Source: the human T2T-CHM13v2.0 reference genome, Homo sapiens. Taken from it: a stretch of 64,000 nt of DNA. The notes under the pieces were generated by a model that made no database searches, was not told the origin of the DNA, and was given only the letters and a program-made list of their open reading frames with translations. Numbering within the stretch: position 1 is the stretch's first letter; every line of letters begins with the position of its first letter. Position numbers and translations under genes: made by a program. Positions 27,143-40,151 of the stretch are shown one piece after another. Location of the stretch: assembly GCF_009914755.1 (NCBI RefSeq), contig NC_060939.1. One strand, 5' to 3'.

Positions 27143-29730
27143 TTTAATTATTGTAAATACAAAACACATACAAAAAAGTATCAATGACACACACAAAGTT
27201 CAATGAGTTATTATCAACACATGCATGTGTAATCCGCACTGTGTCAAAAGTTAGAATGCTCCCAGAAACCCTGTCTCCAGCAAATCTGTTCCCAATCACA
27301 GCACCATTCCTTCTTCCAAAGATCACTACGCTTCTGACTTTTGAGAAAATTATTTATTTGCTCTCTTAATACATTGACCACCTACATACGCATCCTTAAA
27401 CATGGCAGTTGAGTCTTGCCTTCTTTTGAACTTTATGTAAACTTTATATTTTATTGTGTCTGGCTTCATTTATCTCCATTGTGCTTGAGAGATTCATTAA
27501 GTTACTGTGGTTAACTGTAGTTCATTAATCTTTTTGTATATTCCATTATTATAGGGTTGTAATTATTTACCCATCCTGTTATTTTTAAACTTTTGGGTTG
27601 CTTTTAGTTTAAGTTTATTAAAAATGATGCCTCTATGAACTTCCTTGTATCTGTATCCTGTTCTCACACTGCTGCTACCCAAGATACTGCCCAAGACTGG
27701 GAATTTATAAACAAAGGAGGTTTAATTGACTCCCAGTTCTACATTGCTGGGGAGGCCTCAGGAAACTTAACAATCATGATGGGAGGGGAAGCAGGCATGT
27801 CTTACATGTGTGAGAAAGAGCAGTAAAAACTGCCTTATAGAAGCATTAGATGTCATGACAACTCACTCACTATCACAAGAACAGCATGAGAAAAACTGCC
27901 CCCATGATCCAATCACCTCTCTCGGTCCCTTCCTCAACCCATGGGGATTATGGGGATTATAATTCAAGATGAGATTTGGGTGGGGACACAGCTAAACCAT
28001 ATCACTGTCTCATGGTGGATATTTGAACACATTTTTCTGGGTATATACCTAGGAATCAAATTGAGAAATCATACAAGATGCGTATCCTCAATGTTAGAAA
28101 AAACTGTTAAACAGTTTCCCAAAGTGGATGTAACCAATTTACATACCTGGATGTGTTTGCATTGCTTCACACAGCCAGTGTTTCTGTTTTTTGTACTTCT
28201 TTTAATTTAGATATTCTGGTAGATATTCAGTAGTATCACTTCGTTTCTATTATACGTGATTCTAATTTTGTTTCTATTACACATGATAATATCGAGTGCT
28301 CTTTTGTATGTTTTTGATCATATGGACATAGTCTTTTATGAAATCCCATTAAAAGGCTGGTGTCGATTTTTCTAATTGGTTGCCTTTTCCTTATTATTAA
28401 TTTATAGAAGAGTTTTCCTTGAGGCAAGAATTTTACGTTATTGATTCAATTTTTTTCTAAAAGTAGTGGTATTAGTCAATGTTCCCATTCATTTTTGTAT
28501 TTATTTTGCTAAATAAATTTTTTAGAAATTTGCCTTTTTATCTAAATTTTGAAATTAACACAAATTTTGTCAAAAATATCTTCCTTTATCCTCTTTTATC
28601 CTTGAATCGTTTTATCGTAGGATTAGTAGTCATGGCTCTGATATAAGTTACTTGCTCCTTCTCAGATATTTCTTGAGCAAGTTCATTACAATACAGCAAT
28701 TTTGTTATTTTTTTTCCCAGTGAACAACTTTTGGCTATGTTGATTCTTTCTGTGATGTATTTATTTTTAATTAATTTTTGCTCTTATATTCATTATTTCA
28801 TTTTTTCTACTTCTTTTGGGGTTGGTTTGTTCTCTTTCTAACCTGAGATGAATTTTTAGTTTATTACTTTTCAGCCTTTCTTATTTACCAAGCTGTGCAT
28901 TTAAGGCTATAAATGTTCCTTTAAGCATGGCTTTAGATGTCTTTCATTGTTTTTAGATATCATACTTTTTTATTATCACCCAGCTTCAGATATCTTTTTA
29001 GTTCTCATTTTGACTTTTTCTTTGACCTGTGGGTTATGTTCCATGTCCTGGTATATATAGTAGGCATGCATATTTTAAATTCTGTGTTCGATAGTTCCAA
29101 TCCCTCAAGCTCTTGAAAGCTTTGTGTAATGCTTTAGGTTTTTGCTGGCTTTTCTTCATGTTACTTTATTTTTTTATAAGCTGGTGAAATTTTGTTTTGT
29201 GCTTTAAGCTATGTTTTTAAAATTATTTGTAGAAACAGTGTAAGGGCTAGGATAATGTCCCCTCCTTTAGAGATGATTAACAGTTGTTTCTACCAGGTAC
29301 TGGAGGCAATATCAAAACACAATTTTCTTCATCCAATTTGTTGGATGGGAAGATTCAAAGCTGAGCTGCAATTTCTATGAGGGCCTGTCAACATCCACTT
29401 TACTCTTCCTCCTAAGCTGTGAATTCTTCTGTGGACCAGCTTAGACAAGAATGTTCATCTGGGCCCCCTTCACCAAGTTCCAGACTCTGTTTTCTGATTC
29501 TCTAGTCTCCTTGGATGGTCATAATCATTGATGATCTCTCCTCCTCTCAGCCACCCCATTCTGAATGGCAACTTCCCCCAGGAGAAAAGTGATTCCAAAT
29601 CTCAGGCTCCTCTTCATTGGATCTCTTTCCTCTCCCTTATCCTGGCCTAGCCACTTTTCAGTGTCCTGATAGCAATTTTGCATCTTCAAAGAGAAGATAT
29701 AACTGACTTTTCTGGTTATCCTCACCAGTC
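27143..29730 (-). mobile_element. L1ME-type fragments (3'UTR, ORF2 and 5' region), interrupted by a THE1 LTR
   Basis: T-rich antisense L1 motifs: GGGTATATACCTAGGAAT, GAACAACTTTTGGCTATGTTGATT, TTTAAGGCTATAAATGTTCCTTTAAGCA. Confidence 0.75.
27652..28004 (-). mobile_element. THE1D-type MaLR solo LTR
   Basis: GAGGTTTAATTGACTC..GGGGAGGCCTCAGGAAACTTA..GATGAGATTTGGGTGGGGACACAGCTAAACCATATCA. Confidence 0.9.
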
Positions 29731-30559
29731 GAAATTGCCTAGTACATTATTACTAAAAGCAGAAGTCCAACCAGGGATATTTTTGTTCTATAATATAAAT
29801 AAAAGGCAGTAAGAGTCTCCTTGTTTTTGATATATAAATTTAAGTAGGCATCATGAGTCATCAGGCCTAACTTACTCACTGCTTCTTAGCTTTTGTCCTG
29901 ATGCAACTGGGTCCTTACTCAATTATATCATTATAGCATATTGCTCTGAGCGACTTTTCCTGTTATAAGCATATGGTGTTTTTAGTTCTACTGTTAATTC
30001 TTTTCCACTGGACTTGTTTAAAACATGCTCATTTTCAATTTAGAGTCTGGGCAATTCATGTATTACATTCTAAAATGCCTGGCCAGCTTCCTCAGGAGAT
30101 AAAATTATGAACTGGTCACTTAGACTTGCATATATTTTCTAGAATTTATTTGCAGAGTTATCAAGTACCAGTTACAAAGATTTGAGAAAGGATCTGCAAC
30201 CTGTCTTACTAAATTAGGAATCATGGGCCTCTTATTTCATATGGAATGCTCTTTATCAAGGCAAAAGAATAAAAGCTTGGGACAGTTTGACTGAGAGATT
30301 TGAATCTAAAGTTGTATAAAACTATCCAAAAATTAATTCAAGGTTTTCAGTGAGGACTCACAAGAATATAGAGCCATGTACCTACATACATATCACAGTG
30401 GGAGAGATTACCCAGACTTCCATGAAGCTGTCAGTCAAAATGAGGGAAAGAAGTCAGTTTAAGAATGTTAAAAGAAAATCCATTTGTTCACATTTCAAGT
30501 AATAGTGAATGTATTACTTTCTGTGTTCTGAATCTCTTCTCTTTTTGTTGGGGGGAAAT

Positions 30560-31070
30560 CTCTTTCTCCCTGCTTTGGAGAAATAGTTTCTCCTTCCTTA
30601 TACAGATATGTGAACTGAAATGATGCCTCCATCTACCTCCATGATCAGAGGATATGGTCTAGTTGTGGAAACATTTTCCAATCTGAAGATCACATTTCCT
30701 TCTCTACAGTCATTGCTGTGGGGGATGGACAGGTGACCTGGTCCTGGTCAATCAACCTAGACATTGCCTGGGATTATGTGATTTAAACTTATTTCAAAAG
30801 TCTTTGTTTTGTGTGATGACAGCTCTAGAAAAATGTGAGCCCAAAGTGTCTGGCAGAATAAGACTATCAGAGGTAATGAAGCTCATACAGAGAAAAGCAA
30901 AGGTTAATAATAGCCAAACTTCTGATGATATTTGCGCATTCTGCCCCACTGACCAAGAGGCTGCTTTACTCCCTGCCCTGCCAACAGTTGGGACAAATGG
31001 TCCATTAAATTACTCTTTTTTTTGATCTAAGCTACTTTGAGTTGGATTCCTTTAATTTGTAACTAAATTT
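30560..31070 (+). mobile_element. ERVL LTR (LTR33/LTR16-like); its last ~20 nt appear to resume at ~31655-31675
   Basis: GGGATGGACAGGTGACC..GGTCAATCA and 3' end TAAGCTACTTTGAGTTGGATT..TTGTAACTAAA. Confidence 0.6.
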
Positions 31071-31071
31071 A

Positions 31072-31651
31072 TAGGGTTGCCAAATAAAATAGAGTATGTC
31101 CAATGTCTTAGTCTGTTCTGTCCTGCTGAAACAAAATACCAGAGCCTGGGCAATTATAACAAATAGAAATGTACTGGCTCATAGTTCCGGACACTGGAAA
31201 GTCAAATATCAAGGTGCCAACATCTAACCGGGCATTATTGCTATGTCTTATTTGGGGGAAGGCAGAAGGGCAAGAGACCAGGAGAGAGAGAAAGCAAGAG
31301 AGGGGATGATCACACTCTCATGATAACAAACCCACTCTCCTCATAATCACGGCACTAGTCTACTCACCAGAGAAGGACGCTTGTGACCTAAACACCTCTC
31401 AAAAGTCCCACTTCTCAATATCATCTCAATGGCTATTAAATTTCAACATAAGTTTCAGAGAAGACAAATATTCAAACCCTAGTACCCAGATAAATTCAAA
31501 ACCAGATAAACAGAAGGAAAAATGTCTTAGTATAGGTATGTCCCTAATATTGCATGAAACATTATATGTACTGAAAATTAGTTTTTGTTTACCTGAAATT
31601 TAAATTTAACTGATCATCCTGTTTGTTTATTTGCTAAATCTGGCCACCTCA
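31072..31651 (+). mobile_element. MER53 palindromic hAT MITE split by an MST LTR
   Basis: TAGGGTTGCCAAATAAAATA...[LTR]...CCCAGATAAATT..AGTATAGGTATGTCCCTAATATTGCATG..TTTGCTAAATCTGGCCACC. Confidence 0.88.
31104..31484 (-). mobile_element. MSTC/MSTD-type MaLR solo LTR
   Basis: TGTCTTAGTCTG..ATCAAGGTGCC..ATTAAATTTCAACAT..ATTCAAACCCTAGTA; degenerate TSD TCCAA/CCCAG. Confidence 0.85.
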
Positions 31652-31984
31652 AATTAAAAGAATCTTAACCTATATGTGGGTTATATTCTGTTTGTATTGT
31701 AAATTCTGGAATTTCCTGGGTAAAAATCCTTCATTAAAAGTATGTTCATTTTTACTAATTTATTCTTAAAATGACTGAATTATTTTTACTAAGGTTTTAT
31801 TTAATAACTTAATTTTATTAAATTTCTGCTTTGTGCAAGACAAGTTACTAGGCTGGTTGTAGTAGGAGATAAAATAGATCTGAAATCCTTATAGCTAAAG
31901 ACCTTAAAATCTACTTTGGGAAATAAAACTAAATTTATTAATATAATTTATGGAAAATATAAAATTGAATAATGCAATATTCAA

Positions 31985-32200
31985 TTTATTTAACCTTGTA
32001 TAATTTACAAACTATTTTGAGATCACTTCTCATTAAATTCTTAGGACTTTGTGAAATAGGATTCTTGTATTTGTTCTCATTCTTTAAAAGAATAAATTGG
32101 AGTTTAAAGACATTAAGTGACTTTCCTAGATCTCTCAGATAACATGTAACATAGCCAAAATTTAATTCCAATTATTTTACTCCAAAGTTTTTCACTCTAT
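31985..32200 (-). mobile_element. MIR
   Basis: ATTAAGTGACTTTCCTAGATCTC..; AT-shifted MIR core. Confidence 0.6.
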
Positions 32201-32596
32201 TACTCTACTATTAATTATTAAATAAAATTCTGGGATATATGATAGGTGGTATAAATAAATACTAGGTGAAGTCAGAAAGAAAATTGATAAAAGAGGAATA
32301 ACATGAGAATGGCTTTAAAAGTTGGTTATGATTTAAATAGCAGAACACAAGAAATGAAAGGTATGTAGGAAAGAGAAACACAAAGGGTTTGAGACGTGCG
32401 AGAGTGTGCATTCTCAAGAAATCTTTGGAGCTTTCTGGGACAGAAGTCAGGGAAGTTGTTAAATTGTACGCTCAGTCAGCTCTGCCTGCACTCACATGCA
32501 GAAGAGACAAACATCATCATCAGCTCAAGTCAGCCACAGGAAATCATATCACAGCCCTAATCTATTGACTCCACTGCTCTCCTAGACCACTATTTC

Positions 32597-32746
32597 TTTT
32601 TTTTTTTATTTCTGCAACTTGCTTTTATTATTATTTTTTTCTTTTTTTTTAATTATTATTATACTTTAAGTTTTAGGGTACACGTGCACAATGTGCAGGT
32701 TAGTTACGTATGTATACATGTGCCATGCTGGTGTGCTGCACCCATT
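32597..32746 (-). mobile_element. 5'-truncated young L1 (L1PA2/L1PA3-type 3' end) with short 3' transduction
   Basis: Minus strand CACCAGCATGGCACATG..GTAACTAACCTGCACATTGTG..CCTAAAACTTAAAGTATAAT; perfect 15-bp TSD CTAGACCACTATTTC (32582-32596, 32747-32761). Confidence 0.95.
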
Positions 32747-32769
32747 CTAGACCACTATTTCATGATTCT

Positions 32770-33872
32770 TTCTAACTCTTCAAACTTCCAATCCACTGTT
32801 CCCCATTCTCACTCTCAGCTGATGACCTTTATTTCCAGCTCATTCACAAATTATAAAGCAATTTGCTAATGACTTCAAAATACAAATCTTTAGCCTACTG
32901 TCTGGTCTCTGTATTTGTACCTCCAGCTGCCTACTCATCATGTTTATTGGGATATCCAGTGAGTTTACCAAACTTTGCACACACAAAGCCAAATTGCTGA
33001 TAATTTTCTGCCCCATACCTGCTCTTACCTCTTCTCCCATCTCAGCAAGCTGTAATGCCACCATTCTACATGTTTTTGCCACTATTCTGAACTCTTCTCT
33101 CACACTTCACATATAGTTCAGTGTCAATTCCTTTATGTTCAATATTTAAAACATACCTAGAATGTAATTGCTTGCTACCCCCTTGGGACAAGTTATCATT
33201 ATCATTACCTGGACTTTCCCCATTGTATTCTAACTAAACTGTCTTCTTTGAGCCTTGCTCCCATTCAGTCTAGGAATAACAGCATCTGAATGACCCATGC
33301 TGCATATTTGCTTATAACCTGGTAATGGTGGGTTTCCGCCCGCTCCAGGAAAGCCTAAGTCCTTGAAATGGCCTAAAGGCTCTACAAGATGTGGCCTTCT
33401 GTCATTTCTCCAACAATATCCTCTACTATTGTCATCCTTTTCTTTCCCTGCACTCCAGCTTCCCAGGTATTCTTGCTATAATAATAATATACTTTTTAAA
33501 AGATGTGACGTGCTTTGACCTCAAGGCTGTGCAATGGATATTCTCTCTGCGTAAACTTTTCTTTACCCAAATGCCAGCCATGGCTTACTCTCTCATCTCT
33601 TTCTCATCTTTTACTTCCCCTTTTACAAATTGCAACACCACACTGATCACTGGCGTTCTCGATCTGCTTTCCCTGCCCTATTTTCCTCTCCAACATTTAT
33701 CATAATATCATACAGTATATGTATTTTACTTATCCATTTATGGGCTGTCTCCTCCCACTAGGACATAGCTCCATGGGGAAAGGGACAATGTCGTGTACGT
33801 TGCTACATTCCTTGCACTGAACACAGTGCCTTTTACAGAGCAGACTCAATAAATATTTGTTGAGTGAATAAA
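32770..33872 (+). mobile_element. L2a LINE 3' portion
   Basis: CTCTCAGCTGATGACCTT, CCAGCTGCCTACT, terminal CTCAATAAATATTTGTTGAGTGAATAAA. Confidence 0.88.
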
Positions 33873-34129
33873 TAACTGTGCCTATACAAGTCTGATCTAT
33901 GGTAGGCTTTGAATTTAGGCACTGAAGTAGAGGGATACTGAGCCACAAGATTTTTGGCTATGTGAAAATACGTGGAAATTAATACGACAGACATAGCTAG
34001 GTTATATCATATATTGGCTAAAGTAAGATAACAACTCATTATCTGAGAGGGTTTGTGGTGTCGGCAGAGGCCCTGAGGACCTACACGGAGTCCGAGAAGA
34101 CAAGTTTCTCAAAGTGTTCTCACAGCTAC

Positions 34130-34400
34130 AGGATATGATCACTACATGCAGGACAAAGAGACCAGATGGGAGGCTGTCACAGTATTCCAGGTTTGAAATG
34201 ATGTGGGTATGAATTAAAAGTGTGATTGACAATGAGGAAGACAGAAAGGCACAGATTTGAGAGACAGTTAAAGAAATAATCCCTAGGATTAAAGGACAAA
34301 AATGGATATGGAACATACATTGGAAATTCTGGCTAACAAATGACCTTAAGGTTTCCAGATTAGAATACTGGAAAAAATAATTGCATCCCTGATTTAAAAG
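34130..34400 (-). mobile_element. L2 fragment
   Basis: GAGACCAGATGGGAGGCTGT..CAGATTTGAGAGA..GACCTTAAGGTTTC. Confidence 0.6.
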
Positions 34401-35905
34401 AGCTATTTGGCCAAGTTAAATGGTTTCTTTTTGCTACTTTTGGCTTATTTTGTACTTTTTCAGGGAAGAGAGCAATGGTGGGTAAAAGATGGAGGCTGAA
34501 TACACAGTCACTAAGGACTTGTGATTTTCCCAAACTTGTGAAAATCCTTTTGGGATCAGACTAATGCCCGAATACCCCAGGTCACTGCAGATCTGTATTG
34601 ATTGTATCAATGTCTATATCTTCTCTATAGCATGATAGGGCCACATATTTCCTATAGTATTTACACTAAAAAGGGCTTTTACATTGCTGTTATCCCATAA
34701 TGCCACCAGTAAAGATGTGTCTAAGTGGTGTTATGACAAAATGAAGTCAAGGTCACTCGGGAAGATTTTGGCTTTGCTGGGAATTCTCACTCACGAAACT
34801 CCCAGTAGTTGTGTGTCGGAACAGGTCACTGTTACGGTTTGTCAGCTATGCTCAGCGGTAGAAGCTTGCACACCATCTGTTCTCAGATGCCTGGTTTTGC
34901 CCAGAGCTATTTGTTCTTCCTTTTTTTTCCCCCTCACCAATTTCCACAAATACCAAGCAAGAAAATCTTAACAAATTTTGCTAGTATTGGAGTGTTAAAT
35001 GAATTAAACTTGGTGAGCCTAGCTCATTGAGGGATTGTGCTAAAATTCATGCACACAGAGGAATAGCAATTCTCCTGCAAGCATATGATCCCTAGGCCGA
35101 CTTGCTTAAAAGGTTGAATAAGGAGGTGAAAAACCGTTCTCTCTTTCCCTTGTAGCTCCTTTTGCCCACCACTAAAGATGAGGAAATGAAGGGAATAGGC
35201 ACTTACATATCATTTTAGTTGCCTGCCATTTGTGAGAATGACAATGTGCTGAGCTCTATACCAGGAACTTTACATGTAAGATGATGGTTGAGAAGGTATC
35301 CGGGTGCTTCAATCTAATTATTATTTTTAAGATAGAAATCACCTTTAGAAATTAGAGAACATAGATGCCTCTCATTCTTATACTAGTGAATCCACTTTAC
35401 TGGAGAAGCCCAAAGAGTAGGGATTCCTAAAGAGGGAAGAGTACAAGTTAAAATGTCAGAGATGCTGGTATGAGATCCAGCTCAACACACTCAGCTGAGG
35501 CCACTTTGATCCAATCAATCTTTACACATCTCGGTGTCCTTAGTTTTGAAATAAAACAGTATAAACCCCTTTTAATGAATAGGGAAATCACAACTGCACA
35601 AGTATCTGGCACCCCATAAATATGAAAGACATTAAATCTAATATAAATGTAAAAACTAGAGAACATGAATACTTCTTTGATACACTTGAATTAAAATACT
35701 GTTCAATGATACATAAAGTTGTGGGTTAATCATTTTCTGCTGCTTAAAATTTACTAATCAATGGAGAAATGAAAGCCTCCAGACACATAAAACCACTCAG
35801 ATCTTCCTGTTGAAGCAGCCATGGGAAACCACATAGTTAGCTAAAGCAGATTGAGATGCTCTGTGCTAAGGTCAGAGTACAGACATGCAGAAAATCCAAA
35901 ATTCA

Positions 35906-36222
<317 letters not shown>

Positions 36223-36467
36223 TTACTTGTTCAGATATGCCATCCTTCATTGGACTGTGACTTGGAATATGGTATTAAATATTCTACATTTTTACTGTCT
36301 TGTTCAGTTTAGCTTGGGGAGCTATTACACATATTACATAATCTACTATAGGCTGTTTGGAATGAAATTTAGATACATGTTACCTAAAATGGTTAATGGT
36401 AAGTTTACAATACTTACAAGTGGCCTTGTTCATATTCCTTCATTCAGCCAGTATTATCTAGTCCCTC

Positions 36468-36938
36468 TGTGTCCGGAGTTGGTTCCTTCTGGTGGGTTTG
36501 CGGTCTCACTGACTTCAAGAATGAAGCAGCTGACCAGACCCTCACAGTGTTACAGCTCCTAAAGTTGGCACAGAGCCAGAGTGAGCAGCAGCAAGATTTA
36601 CAGTGAAGAGTGAAAGAACAAAGCTTCCACAGCATGGAAGGGACCCAAGTGGGTTGCTGCTGCTGGCTGGGGTGGCCAGCTTTTATTTCCTTATTTGTCC
36701 CCACCCAGGTCCTCATGATTGGTCCATTTTACAGAGTGCTGATTGGTCCATTTTACAAACCTCTACCTGGCCACAAAGCGCTGATTGGTGTGTTTCTACA
36801 GAGCACTGATTGGTGCATTTTACAAACCTCTAGCTAGCTACAGAGTGCTGATTGGTGGATTTTACAATCCTCTTGCAAGACAGAAAAGTTCTCCAAGTCC
36901 CCACTCCACCCAGGAAGTCCAGCAGGCTTCACCTCTCA
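36468..36938 (-). mobile_element. LTR12 (ERV9; short LTR12F-like) solo LTR
   Basis: TGTGTCCGGAGTTGG..CTGACTTCAAGAATGAAGC..repeated GCTGATTGGT..GCTTCACCTCTCA; 4-bp TSD CCTC/CTTC. Confidence 0.92.
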
Positions 36939-37321
36939 CTTCTACATATAACATATGGTGCTGGCCAATGGGGAGAAGTACGCTAACATTTAAAATATAT
37001 TTCTGCCTTGAAAGATTTGTAATTTAGTGGCAAAAATAAGAGGAAAAGAGAGTGGACTTGAGAATAAGCCAGAGAAGGCTACAGTCACTGAAGAAGGACT
37101 GCAAAACCTCATTGTCTACTGTGGCAAGGTTAAACTTCAACCACATACACCACGCATATAAATGCATCATGTGTATTCAGTGCATATTCACAGCCCTCCT
37201 GAGGGTCCAGTTCTACAGACATAGAGCCAGCCAAATGTTGTTGGAACTTCTGTGTTTGCACGGGACTCTCCACAATGGCCCTCCCTCTCTAAGGCTAAGG
37301 CTATACCCAGAGAGCTCCCGG

Positions 37322-37480
37322 CAAAGCAGTTTAATGCAACAGACTTGAGGGGCAGAGATTTGAGGTTGAGCTGCACTCTGTTCCTTGTTTACCTTGCAAG
37401 TCGGGGCAATGTATTTACATTTTCAGAGCCTCAGTCCCTTATCTGTAGAAATGGATAATCATAGTTGTCTCTAGTGAGTC
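37322..37480 (+). mobile_element. MIR
   Basis: TTTCAGAGCCTCAGTCCCTTATCTGTAGAAATGGATAAT. Confidence 0.75.
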
Positions 37481-38559
37481 ATCTAGAGAGGCCTTAGATG
37501 ACAAGAAAACAGCTTATTTAATAGGCAAATATAAAGTCCTCATTACTCTGTAAATTGACTGGATATTTAGTGATGATAAAGCATTACTGATATAAAATTT
37601 TAGAAGCAATGATATTAAATTTATTTTTCAACAGTGGTCTTTTGAAGATATATATGGACATATACAAAGGTTCAATAATAGTATTAGCTCTACTTTTATA
37701 TAGTGAAATATATAAATTGAAATACATATAAATATTACAAGTTGAAACATACAAATTGAAAAAATGGTATATACGTATGCATTTATAAATTCAAATATTT
37801 CATAATAAAAGTTTATAGAAATGCAAGATGCTTGAAGAATAGAATGAACGAAATGCCTTTTCCCAAAACCAAAATATTTTTCCCTATCTTTCTCATGGGC
37901 TCTCGTCATTTACTCAGGGACACACTGGATATACATAGGCAGCAAAAGGAAAAACTATGGAAATAATTCCCCAGCATCCTTAAACTAAAAAGGGAAACTA
38001 TTGCATGTTGCCAAAATCTGGGAAGGCCCTCCAGCTTCCCCACCCTGGGTCTCCCTTTATGATGCCTACTACAATGTGGATTTATGTTCACCAGAATATC
38101 ACCTACTGTATAACAAGTAGAGTATAAAGTACCATATTGGACTACCATATGGCTACCAACCTCAGAGGTTGGTAGCAACTATCAATGTAGAAATTTGAGA
38201 GCAGAATGAGCCTCAGGATAGAACCAGTTCTCACTCAAGCATGCTATATAATTGGCTGTAGTGAGAAACTAAAAAATGTCTCAGAAACCAGATGGATTTG
38301 AAATGTTCCATTATTCATAAACAGTTTTTCTTTTTTTTTCTTTTTTTGCTACTGTACTTGTTCCCATTCCCAAATATTCTGCTACAGAAGATTGTTGAAG
38401 AAGGTGTGAAAAGGAACACAAATCTCTGCTTGCTTTTCTGAAAGGTGTACTTGCAGCCACAGCACCTGAGGAGCCAGAGGCAATGGCTGGGACAATTTGT
38501 TTAGGGTCCCCTCTCTGCCTGGGCTTGTTATCAGTGGATATGTGTGTGAAGGGGCTTCT

Positions 38560-38970
38560 GGAGGGAGGGTGCGAAGAGGGTCGTATGTCAATCTGGCCAC
38601 AGGTAATCACAGCCTTCCAAGTTTTGCAACTAAGAAAATTCATCCTCTCCAAAACTCAAAGCGATATTTCCTACCTTTTGTTGATTCAAATGGCGGTCAT
38701 TGATGTTCTGACCGGAAGTGGCTCTCGCCGGATGAAGAATTGCTCAGTCTACTTCCTCCCTTCCATTGTCACACCCCACTCCACTTGGAGAAAGGAGAAG
38801 CGAGGGCACTTCAGTTGGAGAGCAACACTTTTTTCGAATAAGTAACATTCCAAGCCACAAAAGAGAAACTCATCAGTGACATGTATAAACAACGGTGGTT
38901 TATAAAACACTCTCAGACAAGCAGACTTGCAGTTTGGCAATTTACATAGCGGATGAAATGCGATAAGGAG
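38560..38970. promoter_or_regulatory. Candidate cis-regulatory element (YY1-like plus ETS motifs)
   Basis: CAAATGGCGG 38687-38696, ACCGGAAGTG 38711-38720, about 12 CpG in 400 bp of non-repeat DNA. Confidence 0.4.
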
Positions 38971-40151
38971 AGCACTTTTCAAAGAGTATTCATGTATCAT
39001 AAAAGAATGTGAAAAAAGAAAATCCAGGTCCTCTTCTCTGTAACATGGTGTTGGGGAATGCAAAGTCATGCAGCAATCCTGGTAGCCTTCCATCAGACAT
39101 TTTACTATCCTTAGAAATAATGCATTTATTCTAGAGATGTTGAGAAAATGTCTATTTAAGGCGTTAGTGTAATTATTGCTTAGGGAGAAGTTTGTTTTGT
39201 GTGATTTATATACAGAATGAAATAACTGATAGATTTGAGGTTGGTAATATATAGTTAGTATGAAAGAGGAATCCTTCCATGCTTCCACACCTAAATCTTA
39301 CTCATCCCAACTTTGGTTCATTAAATCCAAACTGCCAGAGGATAAAACCGGACAAAATTCACAATTGAGAACTTCATTTCATATGTGGTGAAATTTAACT
39401 GTCATTATGATTAAATATAATGTGTTTTCTATTGGGGTGCTAATGATTTTATTATAGACACCATATTTTTATATGGTTGGGTCTCACTTATGGAGAAGAA
39501 TGTGCCCTTAGATAACTTGGATAGAAGATAATCTGTGAGTGACTTAGCTATAACTTAAGAATATACTTTTTTTTTTACAGAAAATATAATCTCTCATATT
39601 AGTTCAATATTAAAAATATTTTTAGGTTCTCTGCACATACATGTAGCATGGAGGCTAAAGACGACCTCCTCCACCCTTTCAACTACCCTCTAAAGTTTTT
39701 GCCAGGGACTATTGCCACTCATGTATTTTCCAGAAATTTGTTCCTCATAACGTATATTATCTCTGCCATACAGTGTCACCTTTAAAATCTCCCAATCCTT
39801 TTTAACCCAGTAGTAATCCTAGAGATTGTCACATTCAGCCTTTTCTTTCTGTTAACTAAGAGACACCAAGTGACTGGCCCAGGTTCAAAAGCTACCTGGA
39901 AAACCCGGGGAGGAATTAAGGTAAGCAAACCCATCTCAGATGCTAATGGTACTATCTTTTTACAGTCTGTTTTGTATCATTATCCAATTGCTTTGATTAG
40001 GACTTATTTCCCAAATGGTTTCAAAAACCTTTGATGGCAGGGAAAGTGTTTTATTTATTTACTGTTTTTCTTTACAGTGTAATGCTGGAAACACACTAAG
40101 AAAGCAATGAGTATAATGAATATGTTGCATAGTAATAAGGAGCACCATGTT

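Noticed and set aside
36710-36870. Spaced GCTGATTGGT repeats resembling a CRISPR-like array
   Set aside because: These are the native U3 tandem repeats of LTR12; there are no unique spacers and no cas genes, and the DNA is eukaryotic.
38749-39288. Longest ORF (179 aa), and the 160-aa ORF at 48346-48828 and 146-aa ORF at 24356-24796
   Set aside because: No recognisable domain and L/F/S/C-rich composition typical of chance ORFs; the 24356 ORF lies within an L2 fossil.
39581-39926. Acceptors at 39580 and 39732 with donor AAG|GTAAGC at 39920/39921
   Set aside because: Several competing acceptors and no other support; cannot be told from background.
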